DNA of 62,065 nt, counting the filler, from Choristocarpus tenellus KU-1152 (taxonomy: Eukaryota > Protista > Phaeophyceae), in the NCBI GenBank assembly GCA_964200185.2. It is 12 parts of 12 records of this genome, joined end to end, with 100 filler letters (N's around TTAATTAATTAA, not from the genome) between each part and the next. Parts side by side here need not be neighbours in the genome. Positions count along the whole stretch, not along the records: positions 24,856 to 36,542 come from CAXNAD020002184.1; positions 36,643 to 39,481 come from CAXNAD020024296.1; positions 39,582 to 47,684 come from CAXNAD020005142.1; 9 more parts are not named here. One strand, given 5' to 3'. The translations under genes were made by a program, and so were the position numbers. Numbering within the stretch: the first letter of the stretch is position 1; every line of letters begins with the position of its first letter. This document shows positions 25,780 through 39,634 of the stretch, one piece after another. The notes beneath the pieces were generated by a model. The model worked only from the letters and a program-made list of their open reading frames with translations, did no database searches and had not been told where the DNA came from.

Positions 25780-26400
25780 CCACTTCCTTTGAGTTTTTTC
25801 CACCCACCTTGCCGTGTCTCTTGAGCAGCACATTGACATAATTTCTTCTCATAGACACAGCTCGTAGGAGTAGGATATTTGCATGTCCTATATCACGGAC
25901 ACGAAAAAAAATGAAGGTGGGTAAGTAGACTCTTGAGGTCATTGTTGTGACCTAAATCAGATGACTTCGGACTGCATGATCTGTTCAATTTTCCACTCAA
26001 CGAAATATCCCTCCTTTGCTTGAACCCTGTATCATAAAATGGGCAGGCAAGAATACGTCGGGGATATTTGCCTTGGCTTGCACTTGCTACCCTCAGGGAC
26101 CAATATTTGTTCGCAAACTGGCACTGTTTGACCCTCTGTTTGCACTCATATTTCTGGGTAGTACAATGAGACCCTTCAACTACCCGAAAGTGGGATTTGT
26201 ATGCAATCATTCCCATGAGAACTAATTTTGCAGACTACTTCCTACGACTCAAAATGGGCAATGTGTAAGCTTTCTTCAAGGTCTATGTGGGCTGCATTGG
26301 CGGAGGGCCTTCCCTTCATGAGACCTTTCGAACCGTGGAAAGTGTTGGTGATAGGAGGTGAGGGATCCACACCGCAATCAGAGGGACCGAAGTGGGAGTG
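25780..26400 (-). pseudogene. Decayed Copia RT/RNase H
   Basis: FFRVRDIGHANILLLRAVSMRRNYVNVLLK resembles HFIRDxVxxGxIxLxxVxTxxNxADxLTK. Confidence 0.4.
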
Positions 26401-27434
26401 TGATCTGTACTCTATTTGTGTTCCTGTTTTTGTACCTGTCCTATATTCTTTCTTCTCTACTGGGTGCCCTTGTAACACCCTCCTCTTGTTTGTATGCTTG
26501 ATCCCCACGCTTCATTTCTCAGTCCTTTCTTTACCCTTCGTTCGCACACCCCATTCTATCAAATAACAGTGCTCAGAAAAAGTGTTCCGAAATCCTGCCG
26601 AGCAATTATCCTGTTTAGTACTCCTGCTATTTATAGGTCTCACTTGCAACACAACCACAATAATAGTTTTAATGTGCTACTACTATCCTTCCATGAAGAT
26701 GATGGGGGTAATGCAGGCCTCTCACACATGCACATCAGTACTTGTGCTGGGGAAGAAAGAGGAGGGGAAGCTCCGCCAGTCAGTAGTCACTGTCTGTGCT
26801 CCAGTTTCTTCTTCAGGACGAAGGGCACAGCGGGGATGTGTGCCTTGGGTAAGGGGTCCGTGTTGAGGGGTGATGTGAAGGAGAATATTCCCAGCTAGCA
26901 GTGGTCAAGCAATACCTGGAGGAGAATTGAGAACTACTTACAGACTGTTAAGACCTTCAATTGTATGAATGGTTGGTTCTCACAAAGTGCTCCGTGTACA
27001 GGCTTGAAGCCTTATATGTGAAAGGGCGACCTAGTAGAAGCACCGATGAATTCAATGTGACGAATCTTGTGACATGTTCAGTGTAGAGTCTGGTTGGGTT
27101 ATAGAAATGTGTAGAGCTGTTCCGCAAATGTGTTTAGAGTTAGTGATGGATGCTCTGAGTAGAGGCTTGCTACCTTGCAATGTTGTGGATGTATTAGTTC
27201 TAACTATATATCCCTCCAGTTGTGTATCCGTTGCACTTAATGCAGAGTAAATTCGAAGTCTAAGTGGGGTGATCCCAATATACCAACAAAAGAAAATTAT
27301 ACTATACAAAACCACTGTTATTTCTTCTGCTAAGGGAAAATAAAAGAGGCCTGTAACAGCCGATTTCAAAAATTGAGGATGGAGCTTATCATTGAGGATG
27401 GGCTTGACCCAAAATTGGCTGGAATAAAGTGTCG

Positions 27435-27786
27435 ATCTGTTTTTTTTGTATCGCGTGTCTAATTCTGAGTCAGATCATGTATGTCACATTCTAAGTTTGT
27501 GTGCGTCGAAGAATATCTACTATTTGCAGGGATCAAGTAAGCTAGCTCACACCCTTCAAAGACTAAGCCTGTGTCATCTTGTTACTTGCACACTAAGCGA
27601 CCAGTACTATATCTGTTTTTTTTGTATCGCGTGTCTAATTCTGAGTCAGATCATGTATGTCACATTCTAAGTTTGTGTGTGTCGAAGAATATCTACTATT
27701 TGCAGGGATCAAGTAAGCTAGCTCACACCCTTCAAAGACTAAGCCTGTGTCATCTTGTTACTTGCACACTAAGCGACCAGTACTAC
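27435..27786. repeat. Near-perfect 176-bp tandem duplication
   Basis: Units start at 27435 and 27611; they differ by about one substitution (GTGCGTCG vs GTGTGTCG) and in T-run length. Confidence 0.93.
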
Positions 27787-28959
27787 TATTGAACGAACCA
27801 GCAATCAACACTAGTCGGTGGTACTCTACTGTGTGAATGGGCTAAGGAGAATGCATCCTGTGTTTTAGCATTGAAGGCACATTATCTATTGGCACATTAT
27901 ATATTGCCCTCGGTGTTCTATGTGTTGCCCTCGGTGCTATCTCTTACTTTCTATAGCGCACGTCAGCAGACACGTCAGAATGTGTCAGTGTTAGGCGCAC
28001 TACGTAGGCCACATATATTAAGTAGAAATAAGAAATCATTTCATCAAGACTCGAACCTGTTACTCTAAGCGCAGTGAAACAATTCATTGATACTTACTCC
28101 ACTCAGTAAACACTTGTGTTGCATGGTACTGGTCGCTAAGCACATAAGACTCTATAGACTACCTAGCCTATCTTGCACAGGAGGGGTATGGACTGTGCTC
28201 AGGGAGAAAAATACGCCCCACAAACTACAGTACAGAGTAATATATACAGTAGTGTTGTTCCTGGAGGAGGCTATGCCTGAGTAGCAGGGATGCATGAGCT
28301 ATATTCGGGGGGATCTAATTTATACCTACCTATGGAGAAGGAGGAAATTACCTGACTCAACGCACATATAGGTCTGAGATCTTTGCGTCATTTTGAACTT
28401 CAAGGCGTTATTTCAGAGAAGTATTCCAGAACTGGTTGGAACTACTTTGTATAAAGTCGTATGATGGATCACATCAAAATCGAACAAAATAGGAAATTGA
28501 TCAACATTTTCACTTTTGTGACAACTCATACTTCTTAGGGGATTTTTCAGATATGTGAATAGTTTCCATTAGTTTTTCCTTTGGATCATCTCCAAAATGT
28601 CGAAGGTATATTACGATTATATTTTTATTGTCGATTATTTCATGTCAAAAAATGATGTGATGAAACCAGAATGGTATGTAATTTTTTTTGGAAATTGGGT
28701 GTTTTGATTCACAATAGATTTATACCGAATATTTATATATTTATTCTTAGACAGCTGTTGATAGAGACAGCTGTTTTTGTACCAGTTTGAGGTTGCTCTT
28801 TCCATAATAAAATCCCAGATGTTGAAGGATCCAACAGACCGTTGTCCAGCTCTATTCGTTAACTTCATACCCTCACATCAATCTTCATCCAGACACTCCT
28901 TCACTGCCCCCCCTCCCACCTCTACCTCCTAAACATACACCGACACACCTGTCTTCGGA

Positions 28960-29700
28960 TTGATTTATCTCAAATAAATTCTCCACAATGCTTGAGCGTA
29001 CGTTTACTGGAGTTCCAATGGCGAGGGTCGTCGCGTATGGAGTTGGGTAAGATTGGGGTCTGTTTGTCTGGTGGTTCGAGGGGAGACCCTAGTAAGCATT
29101 CTGATTGCGTTGAAGTGAAGCTTGACTTTGTCATGATAATATCAGCCGTGTCAGCTCAGACCATCGGGAATGTGTTGTGGATGTAGACTTTTATCGTTCA
29201 TCGATCTGGACCTCCGAATCGGATATCCAAGTAGTCTTCAAAGATCCGCGACGGATTGGTCCCTTTTCAAGTGTTGTGCGCACCTACCACGAGACCCAAA
29301 CCAACTGTTTTGTGTTGCATGTAACACGCAAGACCCGTAACATTTCTTGCCCTTCGACTTCTGCATCCTTCCTCGACACGGTTTTGTCCACGCTCTCAGT
29401 TCCGGGGTGGCGTTCTCGGCTCTAGTGGCGGGTATCCTCCAAGCTAAAAGTGAGGAAAGTCCTGATCTGGTTGGGGTTCAACTCCCACGTCCGTGCAAGT
29501 GTGAGATGCTCTCCCCTTTGTTCGGTTCCCGAACATCAGTGATAAGTATTTTTGTGACCGATGCTTATATTTGCTCGATTACTCCCTATGATCTTATTCT
29601 GGTGCAGATGAGAAACCTTCCACAATGAAAGCAGAATGGCGAGCTGCGGAGAGTGACTACAGAAAAGCCCAACAGGTTGGATTATCGTTTGATAGTACAT
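28960..29700 (-). pseudogene. Decayed hAT transposase
   Basis: EPNKGESISHL (~HTGENI), SCVLHATQN (CxxH) and IRDDPRHWNS (~DxxTRWNS) occur in the expected order. Confidence 0.45.
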
Positions 29701-32299
29701 AAATGCTCGGCTACCCGTTGGTCCCTGCTTTTGACTTGAGGATTGAGATAGGCGACTGTGGATAATGATCGCCTTTTGAAATCTCGTGTTCCTCGTCCCA
29801 ATCTTCCCCAGCACATGAGACCAGTTGCAGACATATCATGCCCATCTCAAAACTCATCCGATCGTAACTCCTACCCTTGTTGTCTGCAAACCCAGATGGA
29901 ACTGGCCTCCCATAAGTGAGGGGTTCGAAAATAGAGGAACAAGGTCGTCCATATTGGTTGACCACCACCCACGGGCAATTTTTCATGTGCGAGTCAAGCG
30001 GTTTTGAAGGCTGCTTGGGGCATAACCATGGCGTTACCTACCCTGCTTCTTGTTGACAGGATGGGTGCGATTTTGTCTCACTCATTGTATAAATTATTGT
30101 TGAATAGTGACTGACAAAAGTGAGAGTATGAGGGTAGCAAATGTGTGGCTGTAACCCTGTTTCTCTACTCATGTCCCCGCGTGTAGTATAATACAGATGC
30201 AAGGGTATTCGTCCTGGATGTTGAGCGTGTTACCTTGCATTATAGAATGACTTGGTTGGCAGTATGATGGGAAAGGCAAGTCCGAAAGAATGCAGTAGTT
30301 TCTTGTGAGCTGTACCATTCAACAAGTTATGAGCATCGTGGGATTTAGGTTGCTGTTGCAACTGAATTTGCGTAGAAACGCGCTAAATTGGGGTTTCATC
30401 TGTATCCGATGTATGGGCGCTCAAAAAGAATACACAGATCTGTACTGAGTTGATTCAAAAGGCTTAATAATATTACAAACTTACACAAACAGTTTGTTGT
30501 TCTTCGGTGTTGCTGGATTATTGTTGCACATACGTGTGCTAATGTTGTGTTGGGCATGGCAAGAGTCTATGCAGTGTTGGATCAACAATGGCCCTTGAGC
30601 AAGGAAAAAATTTCTACAACTTGATAAAGTCTGTGCACAGAGGAAGTTGGGTTGCAGCTCCTCTGACCTCAGATCAGGCTAGTCCAGTCCTCTCTTCCGG
30701 TTTAGGCTATTTGGTAAGGGTCACTCCTCGCCACCTGTCATGCTCCACCATGGAGTTAACAGATTGTGCGGGAGCCACTGAGTTCTTTGGAGAGGTGTGT
30801 GAAATTGTGTCTCTGCCTGGAGACACACAAGTACAGGCACAGATGCATACAAGTTTGGGGGGTTAGGTCTATCCTCTAAAATCATCCTCAAAGACTCATG
30901 TAAATAGCTTCAAGAAGTAGTGCAATTCACTCGTGCAGTTAGAACAAACACATGTGCTGTGTACTTTCTTGACTCCGAAACTTTCAAACCTAAATTTTCA
31001 GTACAAGGTACATGCAATATTGACCCAGTCAACAACATTTGTGTTGTTGGGTGTGGGAGGTACTTGTTGTAAGCAGGTGAAAAATTGTAGTAAAAGATGT
31101 GGAAAGTTCCAGAGTTCTGTGCTATACTTTATAAAATAGCAGTGCTACCACTTCTGAAGTTGTCTGACCATTTGAATATCTTGTCATTGCTCCAAGCTCG
31201 CTCAAGAATACGTTCTTATTCATAATGAGGTTGTCGCTTCCACCTTAGAGGCCCACACATTGTGGGAGATAACAGGAAATGTTTGCATATTGACGTAAGG
31301 TCATATCTCATAGATACTATCATCATGATTACTACTATTTTGTAATTTAAAGATACTATATAGCCTGTAGTAAGAGACACTAAGAACTACACTGCCTAAA
31401 TAACTGGTTTTGCACTATGACTCTGTTTATGTATTGGTCCTCATTCATTGGGTTCAGCCATTCCACTGCTCATCCCAACTCCTACCTTGAATCATGTGTA
31501 GTACTCAGGTTAGCATTGATCTGCAATAGGCCTTTAACCCTCGTTTGAGTTCTTTCCCAATAGATAGACAGTAGTTCAGGTAGGTGTGTCATCTGTATGT
31601 AGTGACTGTCATGTGGACTTACGATCTTCAAAACCTTGTGTTCATAGATGCAAATCTGGCGGAGAACAGGTTTAAACCTGCAAATATGTTTGGAAGGAGT
31701 TTTGGCCTTCAACTTGGTGATTTATGAGGACGACCACGGTTCATTTTTGGGGGGTATTGTCGATACCCTAGGAGTATCTATTTGGGCACACTCTATTGAT
31801 ATATAGAGGACTTTCTTTCTGTTGAAAATCGATACCGAAATTCAATCCTGAATAGAAATATAAAGATATGAGGGGGAAGGGGATGACTGTTCCTGGGCAT
31901 ATACATAATTTCCGTTGGCAATACATGGCAAATATGGACCATCCTATTCGAACAGAATTATTAGTTTTTTTTACATTCCCTCCCTAGGTACTGGAATGGA
32001 TAATCTTGAAACCTGGCTTTCCTACTACTGGTGCAGACTCTTGAGTTGTTGAAAAGTACAGTGTGATCCTGCCAACCACCATGTGTGGTTGATTCCTCAC
32101 CTCCTACCTAAAGGACATCAGTATGTGATTTAGGAAGTACTTCTCAATTACTGCGAAAGATAATTCATCGCAAATCATGTCGGCGGTTAACCTCACAAGG
32201 CACTGGACCTATTCTTAGTAGTACCAAGAACACGATCCCCTCTGGATCCAGTTGCATGAGAGGTGATTCAAGGTTTTGTCCCCCATTGTCCTATCTATA

Positions 32300-33150
32300 T
32301 CTCACGTCATGATGAGCAGGTTCCTTTTCTGGAGTTATGCAGCTAAGGCGAGAGAACCAATATCTACCACTCTGAAGTGGATCACTACACCAAGAGAAGA
32401 AGCTTGTTCGTTCCTGTTTGTGAAATCTGATGCAATGTAGGTGGAATTTGCGGTGGTGGGAGCAAGCTTCAATACAGTAGACCTGGTAGAGTGTGATGGG
32501 CGACTGTAATATGTACTTCTACCCATGCTTTAACCAGTGTGTGCAACAAGTATGCACGCAGTTGATCCTCAGTGGGCAGCTTCAAGACACCATAGTTACA
32601 GTGCAAAACCTGTAGATTGAGCAAAATATACCAGTAGTATTTAATGCCGAACTCGGCATATGATGATCTGGCACCTACAGCATATGATACCCACGAATTT
32701 CCGGATCAACTATTGAGCTCTTACCCCCAGATGTGACCCTGAGTTCAGTGATACAAACTTGGAGGAAACTTAACATTTGTGACAACTAGTCTTGAAAGAT
32801 CCAACCTCGTTTTGTTCAGCTGTCAGACATCTACCCATAATCAGTCGCCGTCATCAAGCCCCACCATCATCCTACAACCTTGAGGGTTGGATCTACATAT
32901 CACATCAACGTAAGCTGCTATATAGGCAAGTTGGAATAGTACTTCAGCTTTGATCATTCAGATCTTAGGCCCAAGCGATATACATAAGATCCTGTTAAAG
33001 AGCCTTAGAGCACCTGACTGCATCTACGTAAACGAGTCCAAGCTTTCCAGCCCCTTGTCTGATGTCGGCAGTGATAGCAGCTTCACATCACTAATAATGC
33101 CTCATCTGCATGATGTCTGCGGTCTTACTGGGAGTGAAATTGAGGGAAGA
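32300..33150 (-). pseudogene. Decayed Copia RT/RNase H
   Basis: SYAVGARSSY (~IxYAVGxLSRY) and STVLKLAPTTANSTYIAS (~QSTVALSTTEAEYIA). Confidence 0.45.
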
Positions 33151-33748
33151 CAAAAAGGTAATAATTTGTTGTAGTAACCTACGTCCATGATGCGTTTTTG
33201 TTGTTCTTGTAGTAGTAGATTCCATGGGCCTTGGGGGGATGGAAAGGTGTTTGACGTATTTGTGAAGCCAAAGTTTATTTCAGAGTTTTCCTTCACAGAG
33301 AGATAAACCAATCGAGAGGTAGGCATGGTTGCATTTCAAGAATCCCAAGAGAGGGCAAAAACACGTCATTTTGCACAATTTCAGAAAGAGCCTTTGCTTC
33401 ATTGTGGTGTTACTTTCTCTGTGTGGAAAGGGGAAATATCAATTTGTGTATACTATTATGCACATAAAGCAATGGAATCGGGTGTATTATACAGGGTATA
33501 AAAAAAAGGCTTAGAATACAAAGCGGTCCAAACCTGCCCACCTCTCAATTGGTTTCGCTCAGGTCCACTTTTCTTGACGAGGTTGAAGATTGTCCTATAG
33601 GGGTTACATAACAATGGGACTCACCAAAGGAAATGCCATATTTTCACTCATTTAGATGGTAAGTGCCAAAAGCAACTGGTCAGTTGGATACCTCACGTTC
33701 CCACCCACAAAGGAAGTACGCTGTAGCGTACTCCGTACTAGCCGAAAA

Positions 33749-34004
33749 GAGTCAAAATATCTTAGAGGGTAGAGCCACGTCCGTTTGGGGTCAAACCCAA
33801 TGATGTGACTTTGACGTAATTTTGGCTATCATGTTTGTTTGGAAGTGTCAATGTCCTTGTTTCGGACACACCTTTTCATAACGTGTACATTATACCTACT
33901 CTGGAACCCGTCGGAGGAAGGAAAAGTCGTAAGAACCTTGTGGGAAGTCAAGTCCAAAACGGACAAACAGGGCAAAACTGGTACCCTCGAAGATACTTAC
34001 ACTC
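33749..34004 (-). mobile_element. MITE family A copy
   Basis: TIRs; AAAA/AAAA TSD. Confidence 0.9.
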
Positions 34005-35238
34005 AAAATAAATAATAAATGTCAAAAGCACTGTCCTGACTCTGTAGCTCAAACAAGGCGTGTTCTGTGGACTTCTACAAAACGACCTTTGACGACACAT
34101 GGCCTTGTCCTCCATCCAGACCATACCTCCCTGCAATTGCCTACATGCCCAATCTTTCAAAATACACAGAAAATCAATATATTAAAATGTGTGTAGTATA
34201 CACATGGTAGGTGAAACAGGAAAGATATTTTTTATCACCTTGAACAATGTAGCACTTAAAAAATATATGTTGTCCTCTAGCATGTAACATATCCATGATT
34301 TGGTCTGAAGGGTTACAGGCATTACACAGTATCGTATATTGTTGGACTGAAAGTGCTACGGGAATTACACAATTGAATATATTTTCATCTTCAGCGTTAT
34401 GTGGATAACATAATGTTGCCTTTATGTTCGATCATAACATAAATGTAATGTTACAGCATTATGCTTTCCTCTAACTTTACTTTGTATTTAAAACCAATCA
34501 AATAACACAAAATTTTGTGCTATGACACAACATAAGAATGACTCTTGAAAGGTATGGGGGTATCTATCCCATATTCACAACATCAACAGAAGGAAATGAT
34601 ACAACATCCACATTTGCCATCGCCAATCTCCATCAACACCAAGCAATAAATGAAACAGAAGCAGGGCATGGCGGAATAAGTTGATAAGAGATACTACTGC
34701 CTGTAAATTATGTTGATATCTAGTTCGACACTTAATTTTTATTCTCACCTATGACAGAGTACTCACATATGGCGGAGTACGGTAGTATAGACTCCCTTGC
34801 TGTTTCCATACGTATTCATAGTTGTGAAGAGAGCAAAGGCGCTGCTTTTCGCTTCCCTTATTAGCAGCATCTTAACCTCTGTCGTGCCAGTAGTTCCGAC
34901 TGGCGTTTCCAACGAAGAGGTTGCCACTGGTAGCAGTGACGCTGATAGCAGCATATCCTCCTTGAGTGGTAGTGCCTGGGATCTTCAGGACAACTGCCAC
35001 TTCCATTACATTTCCAGATAGATTTGTGAAGTCAAAGCTGCTGGTCAGAAAGCGACCTTTTCGCTGATATAAGACTGTGGTGTGTGATTGGAGTGCTAGT
35101 ATATGGTGTGACCTCTGATTCATTCCGGTTCTATTGCTAAGCAATCATGACACGAAGCACTTCTTGGATAGGCCCTCCTCCATTCCTAGAGATCTCCTGG
35201 CGGCAAATTTAGACTCCAGAGGAGGAATCCGGCGTGCT

Positions 35239-35500
35239 GAGTGAAAGTATCTTAGAGAGTAAGGTTTTTGCCCTGTTTGTCCAATTGCGGCTTGGCTTCC
35301 CATGTTTTTTTTTATGACATTTTCCTACTCCAAAGAGTAGATAAAATGCGTACGTTATGAAAAGGTGTGTCCGAAACATAGATATTGACACTTCCTAACA
35401 AATACGATAGTCAAAATTACATCAAAATTACATAAAAATTGCAACATTGGATTTTGACCCCTAAATGGACGCGGCTCTACCCTCTAAGATACTTTGGTTC
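35239..35500 (+). mobile_element. MITE family A copy
   Basis: TIRs; GCT/GCT flanks. Confidence 0.92.
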
Positions 35501-36475
35501 GCTTGTCCTAAGGGTTGTATGAAAGTATATGCGTTGATCCCTTGCCCACACTGGCTCTGGTGATGGGCTGGATCTAGTGAAGAACTTTCTCTTCACTGTT
35601 CCTTTTCATCAGTCGGAAGGTTGGCCAATTGCATCTGAAAACACCTGAATCGGATCCTGCTCAGAAGGTGGGTGATGTTGTGTTGTGCCCTCCTCGTGAT
35701 TCCTGCATCTTGACCTGCCATAGTTTGAACCTCAGGGATGGGAATAGGGGTTGTTATTCCTACTCAGTCTACCCAGGTTTGATGAAGAATCCCCACCAAG
35801 TCCTTCGAAGGGACTCCAAACGAGAAAAGGGGGTGTGGATTGACAATCCTAGAGACTGGACTGTGGGATTCCCTCAAATGGACCGACCAGGTTAGAGCTT
35901 CTCCGTGGGACCCTTGTTCCCCTGACGTGGTGGGTGGGGAGAGTGGGCACTAATGATCCCACAAAAAGCTCCGTGTTGGTGGTCTCCTGGAGGATAGGCC
36001 TAGGCTCCCTGAACTTGTGGATGTCTATGCTGCACTTTATGGTGTGTTTCAAAGTGAAGAGACCCCTTTTCACGTACCTTTAAAGAATTCAGTAGTGCCG
36101 CCTAAGTCTCCTACCTTCATGATCTTCTCCAGAGCCCACAGCGATGTGTTGTGAGTTTGTTCCATGGAGGAGCATGCAAGGTGGGGGGGAGTGACCCTCG
36201 AAAGAGAGGGACCAGGAGTTGAGGAGCAAGGTATCCTGTATATCCTCCGTCTCAGTCAGGTGCATGGAAAGAATTGTGAGTCAGAGCTCTTGATCACCCT
36301 GGCCATGTGAGCTCGGATAAATTCAAAGGTCCCTACTGGAGCCCCAAGAGTGGCAAGCAATTTTTGTCCAGAGCCAGGTTGATTTCTAGAGTAGCTAGGA
36401 GTTCCAGTTCTGCGGTCTTGGCCTGCGGGCCCTGAGGTAACGCGGTATAGGTTATCCATGTTTAGTACTATGCCT

Positions 36476-36542
36476 GAGTGAAACTATCTTAGAGGGTACG
36501 AATTTTTCCCTGTTTGTCCATTTGTGGGGCTTGGCTTCCCAT
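36476..36542 (+). mobile_element. MITE family A, truncated by the contig end
   Basis: Left TIR plus GTCCATTTG motif. Confidence 0.85.
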
Positions 36543-37377
36543 NNNNNNNNNNNNNNNNNNNNNNNNNNNNNNNNNNNNNNNNNNNNTTAATTAATTAANN
36601 NNNNNNNNNNNNNNNNNNNNNNNNNNNNNNNNNNNNNNNNNNCCCCCCAGATACTTTCACCCATAGGGTCCAGTTTTTGAGTTCAGGTCACCCCATTGGA
36701 GGGTAAGGTTAAAGGATGGAGGTAAGGAGGAATTCAACAGGAGAGAGACGAGTGCCTCCTCCAGAAAACCTCCCAGCAGGTAACAACTGTATGCCTGAAG
36801 GACGAGGTGAGGTTCAGCCGGTACATACTAGAACAAGAGATTAAAGCTAAGATAATCATAGTCACTGAAAGGACATGAAACAGCAGAAGTTGGAATGAAG
36901 AAGCTGCCCACATTTTACCACACATTAATATACATTGGTTCTATTGGCTGAAGTCCTTAGAAAAGACAAACACTGAACTCACTACTTTTTTTTATTTTTT
37001 TTATTTTCCTCTTTTCTGTGTTGTAACAACTCTCTGTGATCTTGAATTCCCTATTTTTTTATATCTTCTATATCTCTCTTATGTTTTTCTAATGTTATTT
37101 ATATTTAGTTCTCATCCCATCATCCCCTGATTTTAAATTTCATTTTTCTTTTCATAGTTGTTACTCTCCTTATTTACTGACTTTTTTCTTCTTTTTTTTC
37201 CTTTCTACTTTTTGTGCTTATATATTTTTTATTTACTATTCAATTTCCACTTTATTACCCTCATCATCCACACATTTTTTTATTATTTTCTATTTATTGC
37301 CCATTTATTTCTTCTCTTTATTTATTAGTACTACTTGTTGCTCTCATTGACCCTTCTTTATTTTTATTTTTTATTTT

Positions 37378-39481
37378 CATTGCCTGTTTTACACACTAGC
37401 AGCCTTGAGTATGCTTTGTGCATGGGGGGCATAGGACAGGCAATACTCAGATGCTGTGTAGGTCATGAACAATGTAAGTCTAATCCTTGATAGCACTTGC
37501 ATTTATATAACCAAAAATATTGGAACGGAAGACGCACGAATGGTATGTATGCCCAATCAGAGCTATGTATTTTGTAACTCTTAAAGGTCCAGTTCAAAAA
37601 AAACAAGTGTATACTCGGATTAGGCCAGACAATTTATTGGAGATTGCATTGTGTGATCTTGTGGACACCTTGAAGGGAACGTGGATAAATTAATTACATT
37701 TGTGAGAAGAGTGATTGGAACTGGGGACGCATTCATTTTAGGCCATGTCAGAGATATATACTTTGTAAATTTTGAAGGTATGTTTCAGAAGAACAAATGT
37801 ATACTCAGAATAGGCCAGGGGCAATCCGACAATAATGGTATTCTGTGACCCTTGGGAAAGTTTTCTCAGGTTAAACAAGGATATTTGTTGACCTCTTTTA
37901 GGGCTAGTTGGAGTTAGATACTTTTAAAAAATATAAGTATATACTCTTATCTGGTCAGACATATACTGATCTTGACTGTGCCTTACAATTTTTGAGGATC
38001 CGTTCTCAAAGGAAATGAGGGGATTATTGATCATTGTTGGAATGCATGGGTTAATTTGGAACTGGAGTCCCTATGTTGGAGAAAACTGGCAGAGTCGGAA
38101 CTGAAGCCCCTATGTTACCGAATGGCAATTATGCATGCCACTGCAGCATGATCTGAGGTGATGGATATTTATTATACAGATAATGATTATTGCCTGTGGT
38201 AAACATGAAACAGGTAGTCCCTGCATGGAACATAGGATAGCAAAAGTTGGAACCATGAAGTAACCCACATCAGGGCAGATAGCAATTTATGTAAGATGTA
38301 GTGATTTTTTTGTCATTTTATGTCTTTGAATATATATATATTATCTGTGTACATCAGGTACATGACCCCCTTTATCCCGTGTTATTTTTTTCCTTTCCTT
38401 TTCCTTTTTTATCCACATTCCCTCTTAATTTATTCTTCTTTGTTTTGTTTTTTCTTTTTTTCTTTTCGATTTTGTTAGAGGCCGACGTTGATGTTATTGC
38501 CTGTTTTACGCACTAGCAGCCGTCAGTATGCTTCGTGCTGGGGGGCATGAGACAGGCAATAATTGGATGATACTTGGTACTCTAGGGAAGCTCTACCTTA
38601 GAGAGAATGAATATATCCTCAGGTTAGGCTAGACGCAGACAGATTTCCCCAAGTAAGATAGGGATACATGTTTAGGCCTAGTAGGAGTTGGGCATATTTT
38701 TTGCTCTTTCTTCTCCCTGCTACAGGATGACCTGAGGCGATTGATGATGTCTATTGTCTTCACCAGTGACAATCACTTGTAGTAAACGTTTTTATATAGG
38801 ATAATAAATTCTTCTTTGATACATTCTTCTTTCATTTTTTTTTTCATTTTGTTCTTTTAAAGTCCCAGTTCAGACGAAATAGGTATACATAGATTAGGCA
38901 GACGCAATTGGAATAAGATTACATGCTGTGACCCTGTGGACGGACACGAAAATTATCCCAAGAAAAACATGGATATGTGTTGATCGATTCTGGACCTAGT
39001 CGAAGTTATATATTTTTTATAAAAAGTTATACTCTGATTAGCTCAGACATTTATTGATTCTGACTGTGTCTTAGTAGTTTTGAGGACTTATTCTCGAAAA
39101 CGAAACTGGGAGACATGTCGATCATTTTTTGGAAATACCTGGTTCATTTGGAAACGAGGTCCCTGTGTCGGAAACAACTGGCAAGTTTGGAACTGGAGTC
39201 CCTTTTTTGTTTGATGGAAACCAACTCATGCTGCTAAAGTGTGATCTGAGGTGATGGATGATATCTATCATCTTGACCGGTGACAATCGCCTGTGGTAAG
39301 CTTGAAACATGTATACCTAGTTCACACTGGGGGGCATGTTACAGGTGAATAGCGTGAGTATTTCTTCCCGCGCTTTAACAGGTGCGAGCAGTGTACGTGC
39401 GTGGGGAACCCCAAACGGGGGAACTCCGATTTGCCAAAACGTTGCAGAACAAAATCTGTAACTCGGGAAAGTCGCAAAGGG
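37378..39481. repeat. Diverged tandem repeat (about 1.1 kb period) with 65-bp hairpin units and internal subrepeats
   Basis: ATTGCCTGT...ACAGGCAATA at 37379-37445 and 38496-38561; TATACTC.GATTAGGCCAGAC-like subrepeats; 39330-39481 is homologous to 3925-4080. Confidence 0.7.
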
Positions 39482-39634
39482 NNNNNNNNNNNNNNNNNNN
39501 NNNNNNNNNNNNNNNNNNNNNNNNNTTAATTAATTAANNNNNNNNNNNNNNNNNNNNNNNNNNNNNNNNNNNNNNNNNNNNCCCCCCCTCCCAGATACTT
39601 TGGGTCATTTTTTGAAATGGGAAGGATTGGGGCA

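Noticed and set aside
35500-36460. Possible retroelement gag remnant; similarly 9400-10100 (protease-like AILDAAS) and 59050-59530
   Set aside because: No convincing set of ordered motifs; these cannot be assigned without a search.
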